64,000 nucleotides of DNA from an uncultured Rivularia sp. (GTDB taxonomy: Bacteria > Cyanobacteriota > Cyanobacteriia > Cyanobacteriales > Nostocaceae). The stretch lies in assembly GCA_963665115.1 (NCBI GenBank), contig OY762007.1, forward strand, positions 3,680,001 to 3,744,000, written 5' to 3'. Under the pieces are notes generated by a model. The model saw nothing but the letters and a program-made list of their open reading frames with translations. It made no database searches and had not been told where the DNA came from. The number at the start of each line of letters is the position of its first letter. The first letter of the stretch is position 1. Of this stretch, positions 45,045-55,281 are shown piece by piece. The position numbers and the translations under genes are program-made.

Positions 45045-46418
45045 TTAACTGTTCACTGTCAACAGTTGCACAGCATCCGCTTGTGTAGGTAAAGCCGCTG
45101 TCAAAACTTCACTACCATTCTCTGTAACTAAAACATCATCTTCGATGCGGATTCCTCGTACATCTGCAAATTGAGTTAGACGTTCCCAATTCACCGATTT
45201 ATTAAACTGTTCGCGTACTTCAGCACTATCTAAGATCGCCGGTACTTGATAAAAACCAGGTTCAATTGTAACCACCATGCCAGTACGTAAAGGTCGATTC
45301 AAGCGCAAATAACCTAAACCAAAACGCCCGCTTCTTTCTCTTCGGGGTTCGTATCCTGCTAAGTCTCCCAAATCTTCCATGTCATGCACGTCTAAGCCTA
45401 ATAAATGACCTATTCCGTGGGGAAAAAACAAGGCATGAGCGTCTATCTCGACTAATTCTTCAGAATTACCTTGCAAAATTCCTAAATTTACCAAACCTTC
45501 GGTAATAATCCTACAAGCACAAAGATGAATGTCTTCGTATTCAACACCAGCACTAATTTTATCAATGCAGGCATCATGTGCTGCTAAAACAACATCATAA
45601 ATATCCCTTTGAGTCGATGAAAATTTACCGCTAACTGGCCAGGTGCGAGTCACATCAGCAGCCCAACCCATAGAAGTTTCTGCACCGACATCAGCAAGTA
45701 ACAAGTCATTCTGATTCAGGGAGTTTTGATAATTTTCGTTGTGCAAGACTTCCCCGCGCACGGTAACAATACTGTTATAAGATGTTGTCATATTGCGAGC
45801 AATGATAACCGATTCCATCGCCGCTCGCACTTGGGCTTCTGTTTTCGCTTTAATAGTTGCCGCCATCCCAGCGAGGTGCGCTTCCACAGTAACGCCAACA
45901 GCTTGACGTATTTCACTTAAAGCTGCTTCGTCATGAGTAAGCCGCAATTCAACAACTGCTTTAGCTAACTCCAAATCTAGATTTTCTGGCGCACGTTGCG
46001 GTAAAACCCATCTATCCAGTAATTGTGACTGTTGCGTCCATGAGCCTGCATCTTGTACCGCAATAGTTGCCACACCTTCTAAATGCGATTCTAATTCTGC
46101 CATCGAGTAAGCTTCATCGGCTCCGATTTGTTCAGCAATTCGATCGCGAGATGGCGTTTCTCCATGCCAAAGAGCGCTACTTGCTCCGGGATTATCCATG
46201 AATAACTGCAACTTACCTGCTTCCAAGCGAATCGCTGCATTTTTTAAAGGTAATCCTGCGAAATAGAGAAAATGACTGCTAGGGCGATGAGGAAAAATAT
46301 TTGCAGCAAAATTTCGCGGGCTAGGACTTCCAGACCAAAATATTGCGGGAAAATCGATTATTTTAGCTAACTTTTCTCGTCTTTGACGTAGAATTTCTGT
46401 AAGATTTGAGGTAGTCAT
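45045..46418 (-). CDS. pepP: Xaa-Pro aminopeptidase (M24)
   Basis: LLADVG, ADVTRTWP, HGIGHLLGLDVHD, TIEPGFY and GIRIEDD motifs. Confidence 0.95.
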   Translation of the reverse strand: MTTSNLTEILRQRREKLAKIIDFPAIFWSGSPSPRNFAANIFPHRPSSHFLYFAGLPLKNAAIRLEAGKLQLFMDNPGASSALWHGETPSRDRIAEQIGADEAYSMAELESHLEGVATIAVQDAGSWTQQSQLLDRWVLPQRAPENLDLELAKAVVELRLTHDEAALSEIRQAVGVTVEAHLAGMAATIKAKTEAQVRAAMESVIIARNMTTSYNSIVTVRGEVLHNENYQNSLNQNDLLLADVGAETSMGWAADVTRTWPVSGKFSSTQRDIYDVVLAAHDACIDKISAGVEYEDIHLCACRIITEGLVNLGILQGNSEELVEIDAHALFFPHGIGHLLGLDVHDMEDLGDLAGYEPRRERSGRFGLGYLRLNRPLRTGMVVTIEPGFYQVPAILDSAEVREQFNKSVNWERLTQFADVRGIRIEDDVLVTENGSEVLTAALPTQADAVQLLTVNS

Positions 46419-46429
46419 GGTTTGGGGAT

Positions 46430-46598
46430 GAGGGAGAGGGGGAAGAGGGGGAAGAGGGGGTAGAGGGGGTAGAGGGGGAAGAGGGGGTAGAATTTAGGTG
46501 GTAACAAGTTACTGATAACTGATAACTGATAACTGATAACTGATAACTGATAACTGATAACTGATAACTGATAACTGATAACTGATAACTGATAACTG
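46430..46598. repeat. STRR tracts: (GAGGGGGWA)n then about 12x ACTGATA
   Basis: Directly visible tandem 9-mers and 7-mers in the divergent intergenic region. Confidence 0.9.
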
Positions 46599-46610
46599 TT
46601 CACTGTAAAA

Positions 46611-47045
46611 ATGTTTCCTAAACCGAAAGCTAAGCTGAGTGGTATTAAAGAGAAAAACTGGGCGATTGAAGAATTACCGGGATTAAAGCAGGATGAAATT
46701 GATAACTTGAAAAGTAAGGGTTTTACAAGTACTTTAAGTCTGGTGAAACAAGGAAGAAATTTACAAGAAAAGTTGATACTGGCACAAAAACTACAGGTTC
46801 ATGTCCAGTATGTTAATAAATGGGTTGCTTTAGCCGATTTGGCTCGAATTCCTGCTGTAGGTACTGAATATTGTGGATTGTTGCTTCATGCTGGTATTGC
46901 TTCGGTGATACAGTTGACGACTACTCCTCCCCATCGCTTGCACAAACAAATTTTACGTTTGCAAGTTGCAACTCTACAGAGAAGAGATTTATGTCCTGCT
47001 GTTGAACTTGTACAACAATGGGTTCAAGATGCGAAAAAGTTATGA
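46611..47045 (+). CDS. DUF4332-like helix-hairpin-helix protein
   Basis: IEELPG and KWVALADLARIPAVG..YCGLLLHAGI motifs. Confidence 0.85.
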   Translation: MFPKPKAKLSGIKEKNWAIEELPGLKQDEIDNLKSKGFTSTLSLVKQGRNLQEKLILAQKLQVHVQYVNKWVALADLARIPAVGTEYCGLLLHAGIASVIQLTTTPPHRLHKQILRLQVATLQRRDLCPAVELVQQWVQDAKKL

Positions 47046-47206
47046 GTTAAGAGTTATGAATTATGAGTTATGAATTATGAGTTATGAATTACGGGTTATC
47101 AAACTTACATCTTGTGTACGAAATGTATTAAGTGTTTGAAAATTGATTTTAAATTCTAGATTTTTAATTCTTCATTCTTAACTTTAACTCTTAACTTTTA
47201 ACCCAA

Positions 47207-47818
47207 TTATTCTTTTTCCAAAACGCCGTTAAGAAATATGTCAGCTAATCCTTCTGCCATTTTTTGTTTTTCTTGGGGAGAAGCATCTGGTTCCATAAGG
47301 GTTTCGTGGGAAAAGCCTGCTACGGCAAACATTCCTAAAAATACCTGTGCGACGAGTTTCGCATCTGTCTTGCGATAGATTCCTCTATCCATTGCTGTTT
47401 GAAAGAAGCCTTCGGCGACATGAGTCATTTTATCGATCACTTCTTTTTGAATGCGATCGCGCAAGTCGGGATGAAATTGCGCTTCCATAAAACAAACTTT
47501 CATCATGTCGGCATTTTTTTGTAAATTCCACATCCGACGACGCATGACTTGGGCTACGGCTTTGTAGCTGCCCATTTCGCTCAATTCGGTGAGTAAATCT
47601 GTGAGAATATCTACCCAACCTGCGGTTGCAACTTCGACTAAAATTGCTTTTTTATTAGAGAAATGACGGAACAAGGTTCCTTCTGCAACCCCTGCTTTTT
47701 GTGCTAAGTCGCGGGTAGTAGTACCGTCAAACCCTTTAGAAGCAAATAGTTTTTGTGCCGCTTGTAAAATGCGATCGCGTGTTTGTATTTCTGGGGGAGG
47801 AGATTTAAAAGCTCGCAT
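47207..47818 (-). CDS. TetR/AcrR family regulator
   Basis: GFDGTTTRDLAQKAGVAEGTLFRHF HTH. Confidence 0.95.
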   Translation of the reverse strand: MRAFKSPPPEIQTRDRILQAAQKLFASKGFDGTTTRDLAQKAGVAEGTLFRHFSNKKAILVEVATAGWVDILTDLLTELSEMGSYKAVAQVMRRRMWNLQKNADMMKVCFMEAQFHPDLRDRIQKEVIDKMTHVAEGFFQTAMDRGIYRKTDAKLVAQVFLGMFAVAGFSHETLMEPDASPQEKQKMAEGLADIFLNGVLEKE

Positions 47819-48160
47819 AATATTGGTTTTAGTGATTCTGGAACTGCATATGTAGCATTATTGTCTAACGTTAAGTACCATAACCTGCAAATCTTTAATA
47901 TAAGATTAAGCGTTGAGAATTGATATTTATTGGTGAGTTTAAATTTACTCAGAAGATAGCACGATAATTGGTAATTTGTAATACGTTGCTTGATCTCATC
48001 GCGAGTTGCTCCCATTCAAAATATAGGGGATGAAGATATATGGCGATAAGGTGAAATCCTGCTTACAGGTTCATCCCGTTGTTTTTAAACGTCAGAGATG
48101 TCAAAATGTTCAATCCTGTTTATATTGCTTGCAAAGGTTACACAATTTAAAAGGAAAATT

Positions 48161-49726
48161 ATGGGAAATTTCTCACGTCGGCTATTCGCACTTTTTTTGG
48201 CATTAGTTTTTTGGTGGGAGTTTCTGCCCCTATTTGCATTTGCTCAAACTCCCTCTAAAACCCCAAGCGCCGAGTCAAATGAATTTTCAATTCAACCTTA
48301 CTTAAATCGGGTTGTTGAAAATTTGACGGAGTTCAAATTAGACAATGGTATGAAGTTCATTGTTTTACGACGAACTCAAGCACCCGTAGTTTCTTTTGTT
48401 ACTTATGCTGATGTTGGCGGCGTGGATGAACCAGAGGGAAAGACTGGTGTTGCACACTTTCTAGAACATTTGGCTTTTAAAGGTACGGATAGAATTGGGA
48501 CTACGAATTACGCAAGAGAAAAAAGGTTGCTGGATAGATTAGATCGAGTAGCAGCCCAAATTCAACAAGCGCAAGCAGCTGGACAAAAAGATAAAGTTGC
48601 TCAATTACAAGCTAGGTTTAAGAAGATAGAAACCCAAGCTCGTGAAACCGTAAACCAAAATGAGTTAGGCAGAATTGTCGAACAAGCGGGGGGTGTGGGT
48701 TTAAATGCCACAACTTCCACAGAAGCTACCAAATATTTTTACAGTTTTCCTGCCAATAAATTAGAACTTTGGATGTCTTTGGAATCGGAGCGTTTTCTTA
48801 ATCCCGTGTTGCGACGCGAGTTTTTTAAGGAAAAAGACGTAATTCTTGAAGAAAGACGGATGCGGGTAGATAATTCCCCCATCGGACAAATGATTGAAAA
48901 GTTCAACGATACTGCTTTTGAAAAACATCCTTACAAACGTCCGGTGATAGGTTATGACAAAGATATTCGCAATTTAACCACGCAAGACGTACAGCAATTT
49001 TTCGAGACATATTATGTACCGAGCAATCTTACAGTTGCTGTTGTTGGAGATGTCAAGCCTGCTGAAGTCAAGAAAATGGCAGAAGCTTATTTTGGTCGTT
49101 ATGAAGCCAAACCCAAACCAGAGCAAAAACTTCCGGTAGAGCCAAAACAAACTAAAGAAAAAGAATTTACCTTAAATCTACCTTCTCAACCTTGGTATTT
49201 AGAAGGTTATCATCGTCCAAGTATCAATGACGCAGATAATGCAGTTTACGACATCATCGGTAGTTTGCTCAGCGACGGACGTACTTCGCGGCTATATAAA
49301 TCTTTAGTAGAAGAGAAGCAATTAGCACTCGCAGCCCAAGGTTTTAGCGGCTTTCCCGGAGATAAATATCCGAACCTAATGCTATTCTACGCTTTGACTG
49401 CACCTGGACGTAGCGTTGATGAAGTAGCAGCAGCCTTAACAGAGCAAATTGAACTTTTAAAAACACAGCCAGTTTCTGCTCAAGAATTAGAAAGAGTAAA
49501 AACCAACGCTCGCGCCGGATTATTGCGCTCCCTCGATTCCAATATGGGTATGGCGCAGCAGTTATTAGAATATGAAGTCAAAACTGGTTCTTGGAAGAAC
49601 TTGTTTGCACAGTTAGAAAAAATTGAAGCAGTTACCGCCCAAGATATTATGCGCGTAGCCAAAGAAACTTTCGTTGCAGAAAATCGCACCGTCGGTAAAT
49701 TGTTGCCGAAGAAGCCAGGTAGTTAA
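48161..49726 (+). CDS. M16 family zinc peptidase (active subunit), secreted
   Basis: Signal peptide; HFLEH inverted zincin; NATTS and EERRMR motifs; start uncertain (48098 or 48161). Confidence 0.93.
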   Translation: MGNFSRRLFALFLALVFWWEFLPLFAFAQTPSKTPSAESNEFSIQPYLNRVVENLTEFKLDNGMKFIVLRRTQAPVVSFVTYADVGGVDEPEGKTGVAHFLEHLAFKGTDRIGTTNYAREKRLLDRLDRVAAQIQQAQAAGQKDKVAQLQARFKKIETQARETVNQNELGRIVEQAGGVGLNATTSTEATKYFYSFPANKLELWMSLESERFLNPVLRREFFKEKDVILEERRMRVDNSPIGQMIEKFNDTAFEKHPYKRPVIGYDKDIRNLTTQDVQQFFETYYVPSNLTVAVVGDVKPAEVKKMAEAYFGRYEAKPKPEQKLPVEPKQTKEKEFTLNLPSQPWYLEGYHRPSINDADNAVYDIIGSLLSDGRTSRLYKSLVEEKQLALAAQGFSGFPGDKYPNLMLFYALTAPGRSVDEVAAALTEQIELLKTQPVSAQELERVKTNARAGLLRSLDSNMGMAQQLLEYEVKTGSWKNLFAQLEKIEAVTAQDIMRVAKETFVAENRTVGKLLPKKPGS

Positions 49727-50003
49727 GAGACAAGGTGACAAGAAGACAAGGGAAGAAGGAGACAAGGAGACAAGGAGACAAGGGGACAAGGAGACAAGGG
49801 GACAAGGAGACAAGGGGACAAGGAGACAAGGAGAAGGGGACAAGGGGAGAGAAAAATGTTTGGTAGCTAGGGAGCAAGATGCTCCCACTACTATTTTTTT
49901 TATAACTCCCTACTCCCTACTTACTACTCTTAACTCCTTACTCTTTACTCTTAACTCCTAACTCCCAATTCCCAATTCCCAATCCCCAATTCCCAATTCC
50001 CAA
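49726..50003. repeat. STRR tracts (GACAAGGA/GACAAGGGG; ACTCCTA/ACTCTTA; CCCAATT) around a dispersed palindrome
   Basis: Directly visible; the reverse complement of the same tract is at about 56455-56545. Confidence 0.85.
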
Positions 50004-50015
50004 CAAGGAGAGAGA

Positions 50016-51536
50016 ATGAAGATTAAAAGAATAAGGTACAACAAGAAAGTGAAAAGATTGCTTTACTCGTTACTGGTTTGTTTGGCTTTTGTGCTGGTAA
50101 GTTTTAACTTTTCTGGTGCAATGGCACAGCAAGTAACGCCTAAATATACACCAAAGCATTATACTGATTTGGAATTCAAGCCGGTAGGCGAAATCAAGTT
50201 ACCCGAATACGAACGGTACCAACTTGAGAACGGCATGATAGTTTATTTGATGGAGAATCACGAGTTACCGTTGGTTAATGGTAGTGCATTTATTCGTACT
50301 GGCTCTCGCTTTGAACCTGCCTCGGAAGTTGGTTTAGCTGAGTTAACAGGTGGAGTCATGCGTACTGGGGGAACTGTGCAACATCCTCCCGATAAACTCA
50401 ATCAAATGTTGGAGCAAAGAGCAGCTTCGGTAGAAACTAATATTGGTGATACTTCAGGTAGTGCTGGTTTTCAATCGCTCAGCGAAGATGTAGATACAGT
50501 TTTTGGGTTATTTGCTGAAGTATTGCAACAACCAGCGTTTTCCGAGAATCAGTTGGAGTTAGCAAAAACCCAGATGAAGGGTGGTATTGCGCGTCGTAAC
50601 GATAGCCCAGATCAAATTGCAGGAAGGGAATTCAAAAAGTTAATTTACGGTGAAAATAGCCCTTATGCCCGCATCCCCGAATATTCATCGCTAAATAATA
50701 TTACTCGCGAGGATTTAGTAAAGTTCTATCAGCAGTATTATTATCCCAATAATATGATTTTGGGAATCGAAGGGGATTTTGATTCTGCCAAAATGAAATC
50801 CTTAATTCAGCAAACACTTGGTAAATGGAAAGCTAATCCCAACTTCAAGAAGCCCGCATTACCAGAAGTTTCTCAAGCTAAAACCGGCGGAGTATTTTTT
50901 GTCAATCAACCGCAGTTAACCCAAAGTAACGTACTTATCGGACATATCGGCGATAAATTTGCTAGCCCCGACTATCCCGAATTGGATGTAATGAATGGGG
51001 TGATGAATGGCTTCGGTGGCAGATTATTTAATGAAGTGCGATCGCGCCAAGGTTTAGCATATTCGGTATACGGTTATTGGAGTCCCCGCTTTGATTATCC
51101 TGGTATGTTTATTGCAGGCGGGCAAACACGTAGTGATGCTACAGTACAGTTTGTCAAAGCTGTAGAGGAAGAAATCAAGCGGATTCAAACTCAACCTGTA
51201 ACTCCTCAAGAATTAGCGTTTGCTAAAGAGTCTACTTTGAATTCTTTCGTATTCAACTTCCAAGATCCCGCTCAAACTTTATCACGATTGATACGCTACG
51301 AATATTACGGTTATCCTAAAGATTTCTTGTTTACCTATCAAAAGCAGGTAGAAAACACTACGGTAGCAGATGTACAGCGAGTTGCTAAAGAACATCTAAA
51401 ACTGGATAAATTAGTATTTTTGGTAGTAGGAAATCAAACCGCGATTAATCCACCACTTACACAACTGGCATCGCAGGTAACGCCAATAGATGTAACCATT
51501 CCCGGTACGCCAAAACCGCAAGCGAGTCAACAATAG
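50016..51536 (+). CDS. M16 family peptidase, non-catalytic partner subunit
   Basis: LENGM and GRLFNEVRSRQGLAYSV (R/Y pair) motifs; no HxxEH. Confidence 0.9.
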   Translation: MKIKRIRYNKKVKRLLYSLLVCLAFVLVSFNFSGAMAQQVTPKYTPKHYTDLEFKPVGEIKLPEYERYQLENGMIVYLMENHELPLVNGSAFIRTGSRFEPASEVGLAELTGGVMRTGGTVQHPPDKLNQMLEQRAASVETNIGDTSGSAGFQSLSEDVDTVFGLFAEVLQQPAFSENQLELAKTQMKGGIARRNDSPDQIAGREFKKLIYGENSPYARIPEYSSLNNITREDLVKFYQQYYYPNNMILGIEGDFDSAKMKSLIQQTLGKWKANPNFKKPALPEVSQAKTGGVFFVNQPQLTQSNVLIGHIGDKFASPDYPELDVMNGVMNGFGGRLFNEVRSRQGLAYSVYGYWSPRFDYPGMFIAGGQTRSDATVQFVKAVEEEIKRIQTQPVTPQELAFAKESTLNSFVFNFQDPAQTLSRLIRYEYYGYPKDFLFTYQKQVENTTVADVQRVAKEHLKLDKLVFLVVGNQTAINPPLTQLASQVTPIDVTIPGTPKPQASQQ

Positions 51537-51556
51537 TTTTCTTTTCTAAATAGATG

Positions 51557-51591
51557 AAAAACCCGGTTTATTGATTAAGCCGGGTTTTTTT
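51557..51591 (+). terminator. Rho-independent terminator
   Basis: AAAAACCCGGTTTA-TTGAT-TAAGCCGGGTTTTTT. Confidence 0.8.
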
Positions 51592-52040
51592 ATGCTTTTT
51601 TATTTCTTTCTTTGAAAAAATTATAGTTTTATTTTTTAATTTAAACCGCTTTACTCGAAATATTGGCTCCTCCGAAGCAATAAATTACGATTGATATGTG
51701 CCGTATCGGGAATATTCCGGAATACAAGTATAAATTTTAATTTGTATTCACAGTAGCTTTACCATGTATCCGTATTTATAGTTTAGTATTATTACTTAAG
51801 TGTTGTTGTAATAAAGTATTGGGTGTTTCGGCTTAAGTCTGGGGCTTTTACGGGCTTGGAACTATACTTTCTGTAAAAAAAATCTTTTGCAGAAACTACA
51901 TATTATCTATCCGTTTGACAATATTTGGGTGAGACTTTCTCTTGCCAAAAGTTTTATTTGCTGCGGATATTAGCTGACTGCTAACTGATTGAGTAAGTCA
52001 GCCAAATTAATAATGCAATTTTTTTTCTTTAGAAAATAAG

Positions 52041-52838
52041 ATGAACAAAAACCTCAAATTAATTCAAAACTTTTTTTTAGTTGCTGCTCCAATTTTAGCT
52101 AGCTCTGTTTTAGGTGTTTCACCTAGTAAAGCTGCTACTTTTGCTTATTCTGAAGGAAATTTCTTCTTTTCAGAATTTAGTCAAAATCCATCAAACGTTG
52201 CAACTATTACAGATACATTAGCCATAGGCGAAGAGCTTATGGTTGACGCTATAGCTTTAGCAGAAGCTGAGTTTATTGTTACACCACCCCAAGCATCAAA
52301 TTCATCTTTGAGTGTAGCTTTTGGTGAAAGCCAAGATTATTTAGTAGTTGCAGAAAGTGAAGCTTCGGTTATCGGTAATTTCGATATAGATGCAAATACA
52401 AATTTTTCTTTCAATTTTTCAGGCGATTTAGAGCTTGCCACATCAATAGACAATCCTCCAAAAGAGAATGCAAGAGCTAGTGGAGATATATCTTTTGCAC
52501 TTATCGATATCCAAAACAGTAATGTCTTAGAATTCTTCAATCTTGTAGGAAACATTGCAACGGAAGGAGATAACGATTTTGTGACGTTACAAAAAAGCGA
52601 TAATATTACTTTAAGTGAAAAATTAATTGCACCTGGTTTTGGCGGTTTGCAAGAATTTCTAGCGGTATCTGTTGAAGGTTCTTTTGAAAGCCATTTTGCG
52701 AAGGAAACAACTTTAGCGTTAGTAGAAGTTAAGCGAAATCGAGCCGAAGTTAAAGCCGTACCCGAAGCTTCAAGTAGTCTGGCTTTGCTCGTATCTAGCG
52801 GCCTTATTGGTGTAGTATTAAAACGCAGACGTAAGTAA
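52041..52838 (+). CDS. PEP-CTERM-type (exosortase-sorted) surface protein
   Basis: Signal peptide ending PSKAAT; C-terminal VPEASSSLALLVSSGLIGVVLKRRRK. Confidence 0.88.
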   Translation: MNKNLKLIQNFFLVAAPILASSVLGVSPSKAATFAYSEGNFFFSEFSQNPSNVATITDTLAIGEELMVDAIALAEAEFIVTPPQASNSSLSVAFGESQDYLVVAESEASVIGNFDIDANTNFSFNFSGDLELATSIDNPPKENARASGDISFALIDIQNSNVLEFFNLVGNIATEGDNDFVTLQKSDNITLSEKLIAPGFGGLQEFLAVSVEGSFESHFAKETTLALVEVKRNRAEVKAVPEASSSLALLVSSGLIGVVLKRRRK

Positions 52839-53104
52839 AAGATTTTACCCATACTCCTAACTTATTGACAGTTTGGGGTAAGTAGGCAAGCGTAATTGAA
52901 TGTAAGATGTCATTGTTTGAACGCAATGTTGCTTAGAAAGGGAAAGTGCGGTTTATCGCAATGAAGAAGTATATTGTATTTCTTTATACCCACTTACTTG
53001 TTCAAGCTTATAGAAATTTGAAACCGGAATTAATGTAACTTCTTGACGCATCCTCTAATTACATTTTTGTAATTCTGGGATGCTTCTTTATTTAAGCAAA
53101 GAAA

Positions 53105-53215
53105 CTAGTACCGCTGCGCGGAAGTAAAAAGTCAAAAGTAAGAAGTAAAAAGTATTATATAATAAGGCTTTCAAACTTTTTAAATGGGTGCTTTATTTAC
53201 GCCGTACTGTACTAG
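53105..53215. mobile_element. MITE-like element CTAGTAC...GTACTAG carrying AAAAGTM heptamers
   Basis: Imperfect terminal inverted repeats of about 25 bp. Confidence 0.55.
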
Positions 53216-53390
53216 ATTTAAATTAAAATTGATTAGTTTTTATTTCTTTAATTAAAGTAAATTCATAAATAAAATTTAGCTTTAACTATAATTCAGTTTT
53301 AAAAAAAAATAATCACAAAATTTTAACTTATTGTATTATTGCTTATATGTTTAGTACAATCTAATAAGTAGTTTTTTAATAGTTAAAAAA

Positions 53391-53690
53391 ATGAGAATTA
53401 TTGATTTAAAATCTTCAGAACTAGTAGAAGTTCAAGAGAACATTATGGGCGGCGTATATAGTTATGCTTATGCTCAAACATATGCTTCATCAAACGTGGG
53501 TTTGGCACAAGCTAATGCAGCTGCTGTTGGAGAGGAAGCTTACACCTCTACAAATACTTCTACTGCTATTTATAACAGTTCTAATTCTACAATTACAGAT
53601 TCTTATGCAAGCGCAAATGCTTATGCGAAGAAAAATAAAAGCTACTCAAGTTCTTCTCACAACAGTATTTCCTTCTCTATATTTACTTAA
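53391..53690 (+). CDS. Small secreted protein with double-glycine leader (MRIIDLKSSELVEVQENIMGG|), Ser/Ala/Tyr/Asn-rich core
   Basis: Leader resembles those at 54463 and 54947; a C39-ABC exporter is nearby. Confidence 0.8.
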   Translation: MRIIDLKSSELVEVQENIMGGVYSYAYAQTYASSNVGLAQANAAAVGEEAYTSTNTSTAIYNSSNSTITDSYASANAYAKKNKSYSSSSHNSISFSIFT

Positions 53691-53928
53691 TAGTTTATAT
53701 ATTCCAATTTTTTCAAAGTTCCCCTCCACTTAGAGTCCAGTATTCTCAATATTTTTCTATTGTATGAACGCTGGTTTTTAACTATTTATAACGCCCCTTT
53801 TTGGAAGAGAAGGGGTTATCTAATTAATACAGCGATAGAACCTACAGAAAATCCTCCCCGAAGTTTGGGGAGGGTGCGGGTAGTAGATATGGGTTTATAA
53901 CGGTAGCTTACCCGCATTTTAATATGAA

Positions 53929-54081
53929 TAGGACTTACGCAAAAGCAACGTAACTGCGTCATTACGAGCGACAGCGACGTATATGTCCTATCGGACACGC
54001 TCCGCTAACGCAAAAACCCTGCGATTGCTTCCCTACACTGCGTACCGATCGCAATGACAAATCTCCATAGCGTAAGTCCTG
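53929..54081. mobile_element. MITE-like element AGGACTTACGC...GCGTAAGTCCT
   Basis: 11-bp perfect inverted termini. The cargo shares GTCATT.CGAG with 13871-14002 and ATGTCCT.TCGGACACGCT.CGCTAACGC with 11449-11477. Confidence 0.7.
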
Positions 54082-54156
54082 ATGAAGTATTTTGAGTTTT
54101 ATTATGCTCAAAACACCCAGTTTATCAGGACGGCTTATTATCTACATTGGCATCTT

Positions 54157-54351
54157 CTATTTACTAGAACAACTAGAACTCGATGTTGAAGAACTATTGT
54201 CATTATTACTTGTAGAAACATTAACAGAAACAGTTTGACTAGTTTTAGCTTCCTTATCGTCACTAGAGACTTTAGCTATACTTATTGCCTCTGCAAAACT
54301 GTTTCCTTTACGCGATATCATACGTTTCATTCTTGCTTGATACCGAACCAT
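54157..54351 (-). CDS. 64-aa Ser-rich small protein without GG leader
   Basis: AAAAGGGT RBS-like motif as on the upstream gene. NSFAEAISIA...SSSTSSSS resembles the core of 54947-55207. Confidence 0.6.
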   Translation of the reverse strand: MVRYQARMKRMISRKGNSFAEAISIAKVSSDDKEAKTSQTVSVNVSTSNNDNSSSTSSSSCSSK

Positions 54352-54462
54352 ATTTTTAACCCTTTTTTCGCAAATTATTAAAAAAAGCTATTAAGAAACT
54401 ATCTGCTTCTACTTAATAGCTATTTTTTGATAAACCCAAGCTAAAAAAACTGAATTGAACAG

Positions 54463-54783
54463 CTATAAAATTTGAGCGCTGTATGCAAAAGACCTCGCAA
54501 CTTTACTATCGCTATATTCACTACTTTGTAAAGTAGCAGCTACAGTCAAGCTATTCTCCGTTTTATTAGACATCATGATTCCAGTAGCACCTGTTTCTTT
54601 GTCTTCGATGAATTGTGTCTTATATCCACTATTTATATCTAACAATGTCTCATCCTGTATCCCTAAATAATAAGAAGGACGTAATATTAGACGGGAATAT
54701 ATCAACATTCCACCTTGCACGCTTCGTTCATCCTGAAGCTCTGTATCACAAAAACTAAGATCCGAAATTTTTAATCTTTTCAT
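54463..54783 (-). CDS. Small protein with double-glycine leader (MKRLKISDLSFCDTELQDERSVQGG|)
   Basis: I-x-D-L...V-x-GG leader; ATG at 54783 with AAAAGGGTG upstream. Confidence 0.75.
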   Translation of the reverse strand: MKRLKISDLSFCDTELQDERSVQGGMLIYSRLILRPSYYLGIQDETLLDINSGYKTQFIEDKETGATGIMMSNKTENSLTVAATLQSSEYSDSKVARSFAYSAQIL

Positions 54784-54946
54784 AAACACCCTTTTGGCAA
54801 AAGTTATATCGCCAAAAGCTTCTAGAATAAAGCTTTCAGCGATATGAACGATATTCTTTTTTTTTTAATCAATCTACTTCACATACAGACTAAAAAGAAT
54901 AAGAGTTAAACGAGTTTGTAGAAGCCTCGTTTAACCCAAACAGGTA

Positions 54947-55207
54947 CTAGTCTACAGCTGCGAATGAACCAGAACTAGAACCGGAAGAGTGATTGTCAGC
55001 ATATGTGTCAGTGAAAGTCTTTGTGAAAGACTTCCTGCCGAATGCTCTAGAATCTGCAAAAGCTTCAGCAGAATTATCTTCTAAGTCTATTTTGGTTTTT
55101 ACATTGAGCTTCACGAAATCGTTTTGATAGTAAGAGTAGAAGCCAAAACCACCAACAACTTCAGTTCCTTCAACAGCTTCCAAGTGATTTAAATCTAAAA
55201 TATTCAT
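54947..55207 (-). CDS. Small protein with double-glycine leader (MNILDLNHLEAVEGTEVVGG|), alternating Ala/Thr/Ser core
   Basis: Strong AGGAG RBS, its own promoter candidate, first gene after the exporter operon. Confidence 0.85.
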   Translation of the reverse strand: MNILDLNHLEAVEGTEVVGGFGFYSYYQNDFVKLNVKTKIDLEDNSAEAFADSRAFGRKSFTKTFTDTYADNHSSGSSSGSFAAVD

Positions 55208-55281
55208 GAGATTCTCCTGGGAATTAATTAATGTTTTCTGGGAATTAATGTAAGCGTTTTTGTTTGCTGCTTACATTTATA

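Noticed and set aside
46415..46603. 62-aa ORF with YQLSVIS repeats (likewise ORFs at 49613-49961 and 56386-56620)
   Set aside because: Translations of STRR tandem repeats, not genes.
48098..51536. M16 peptidase pair as maturation enzymes of the GG proteins
   Set aside because: This is a common cyanobacterial gene pair, closed off by a strong terminator at 51557-51591; only proximity links it.
52337..52852. 171-aa minus-strand ORF (and the other antisense ORFs inside long genes)
   Set aside because: Shadow frames of well-supported genes on the opposite strand.
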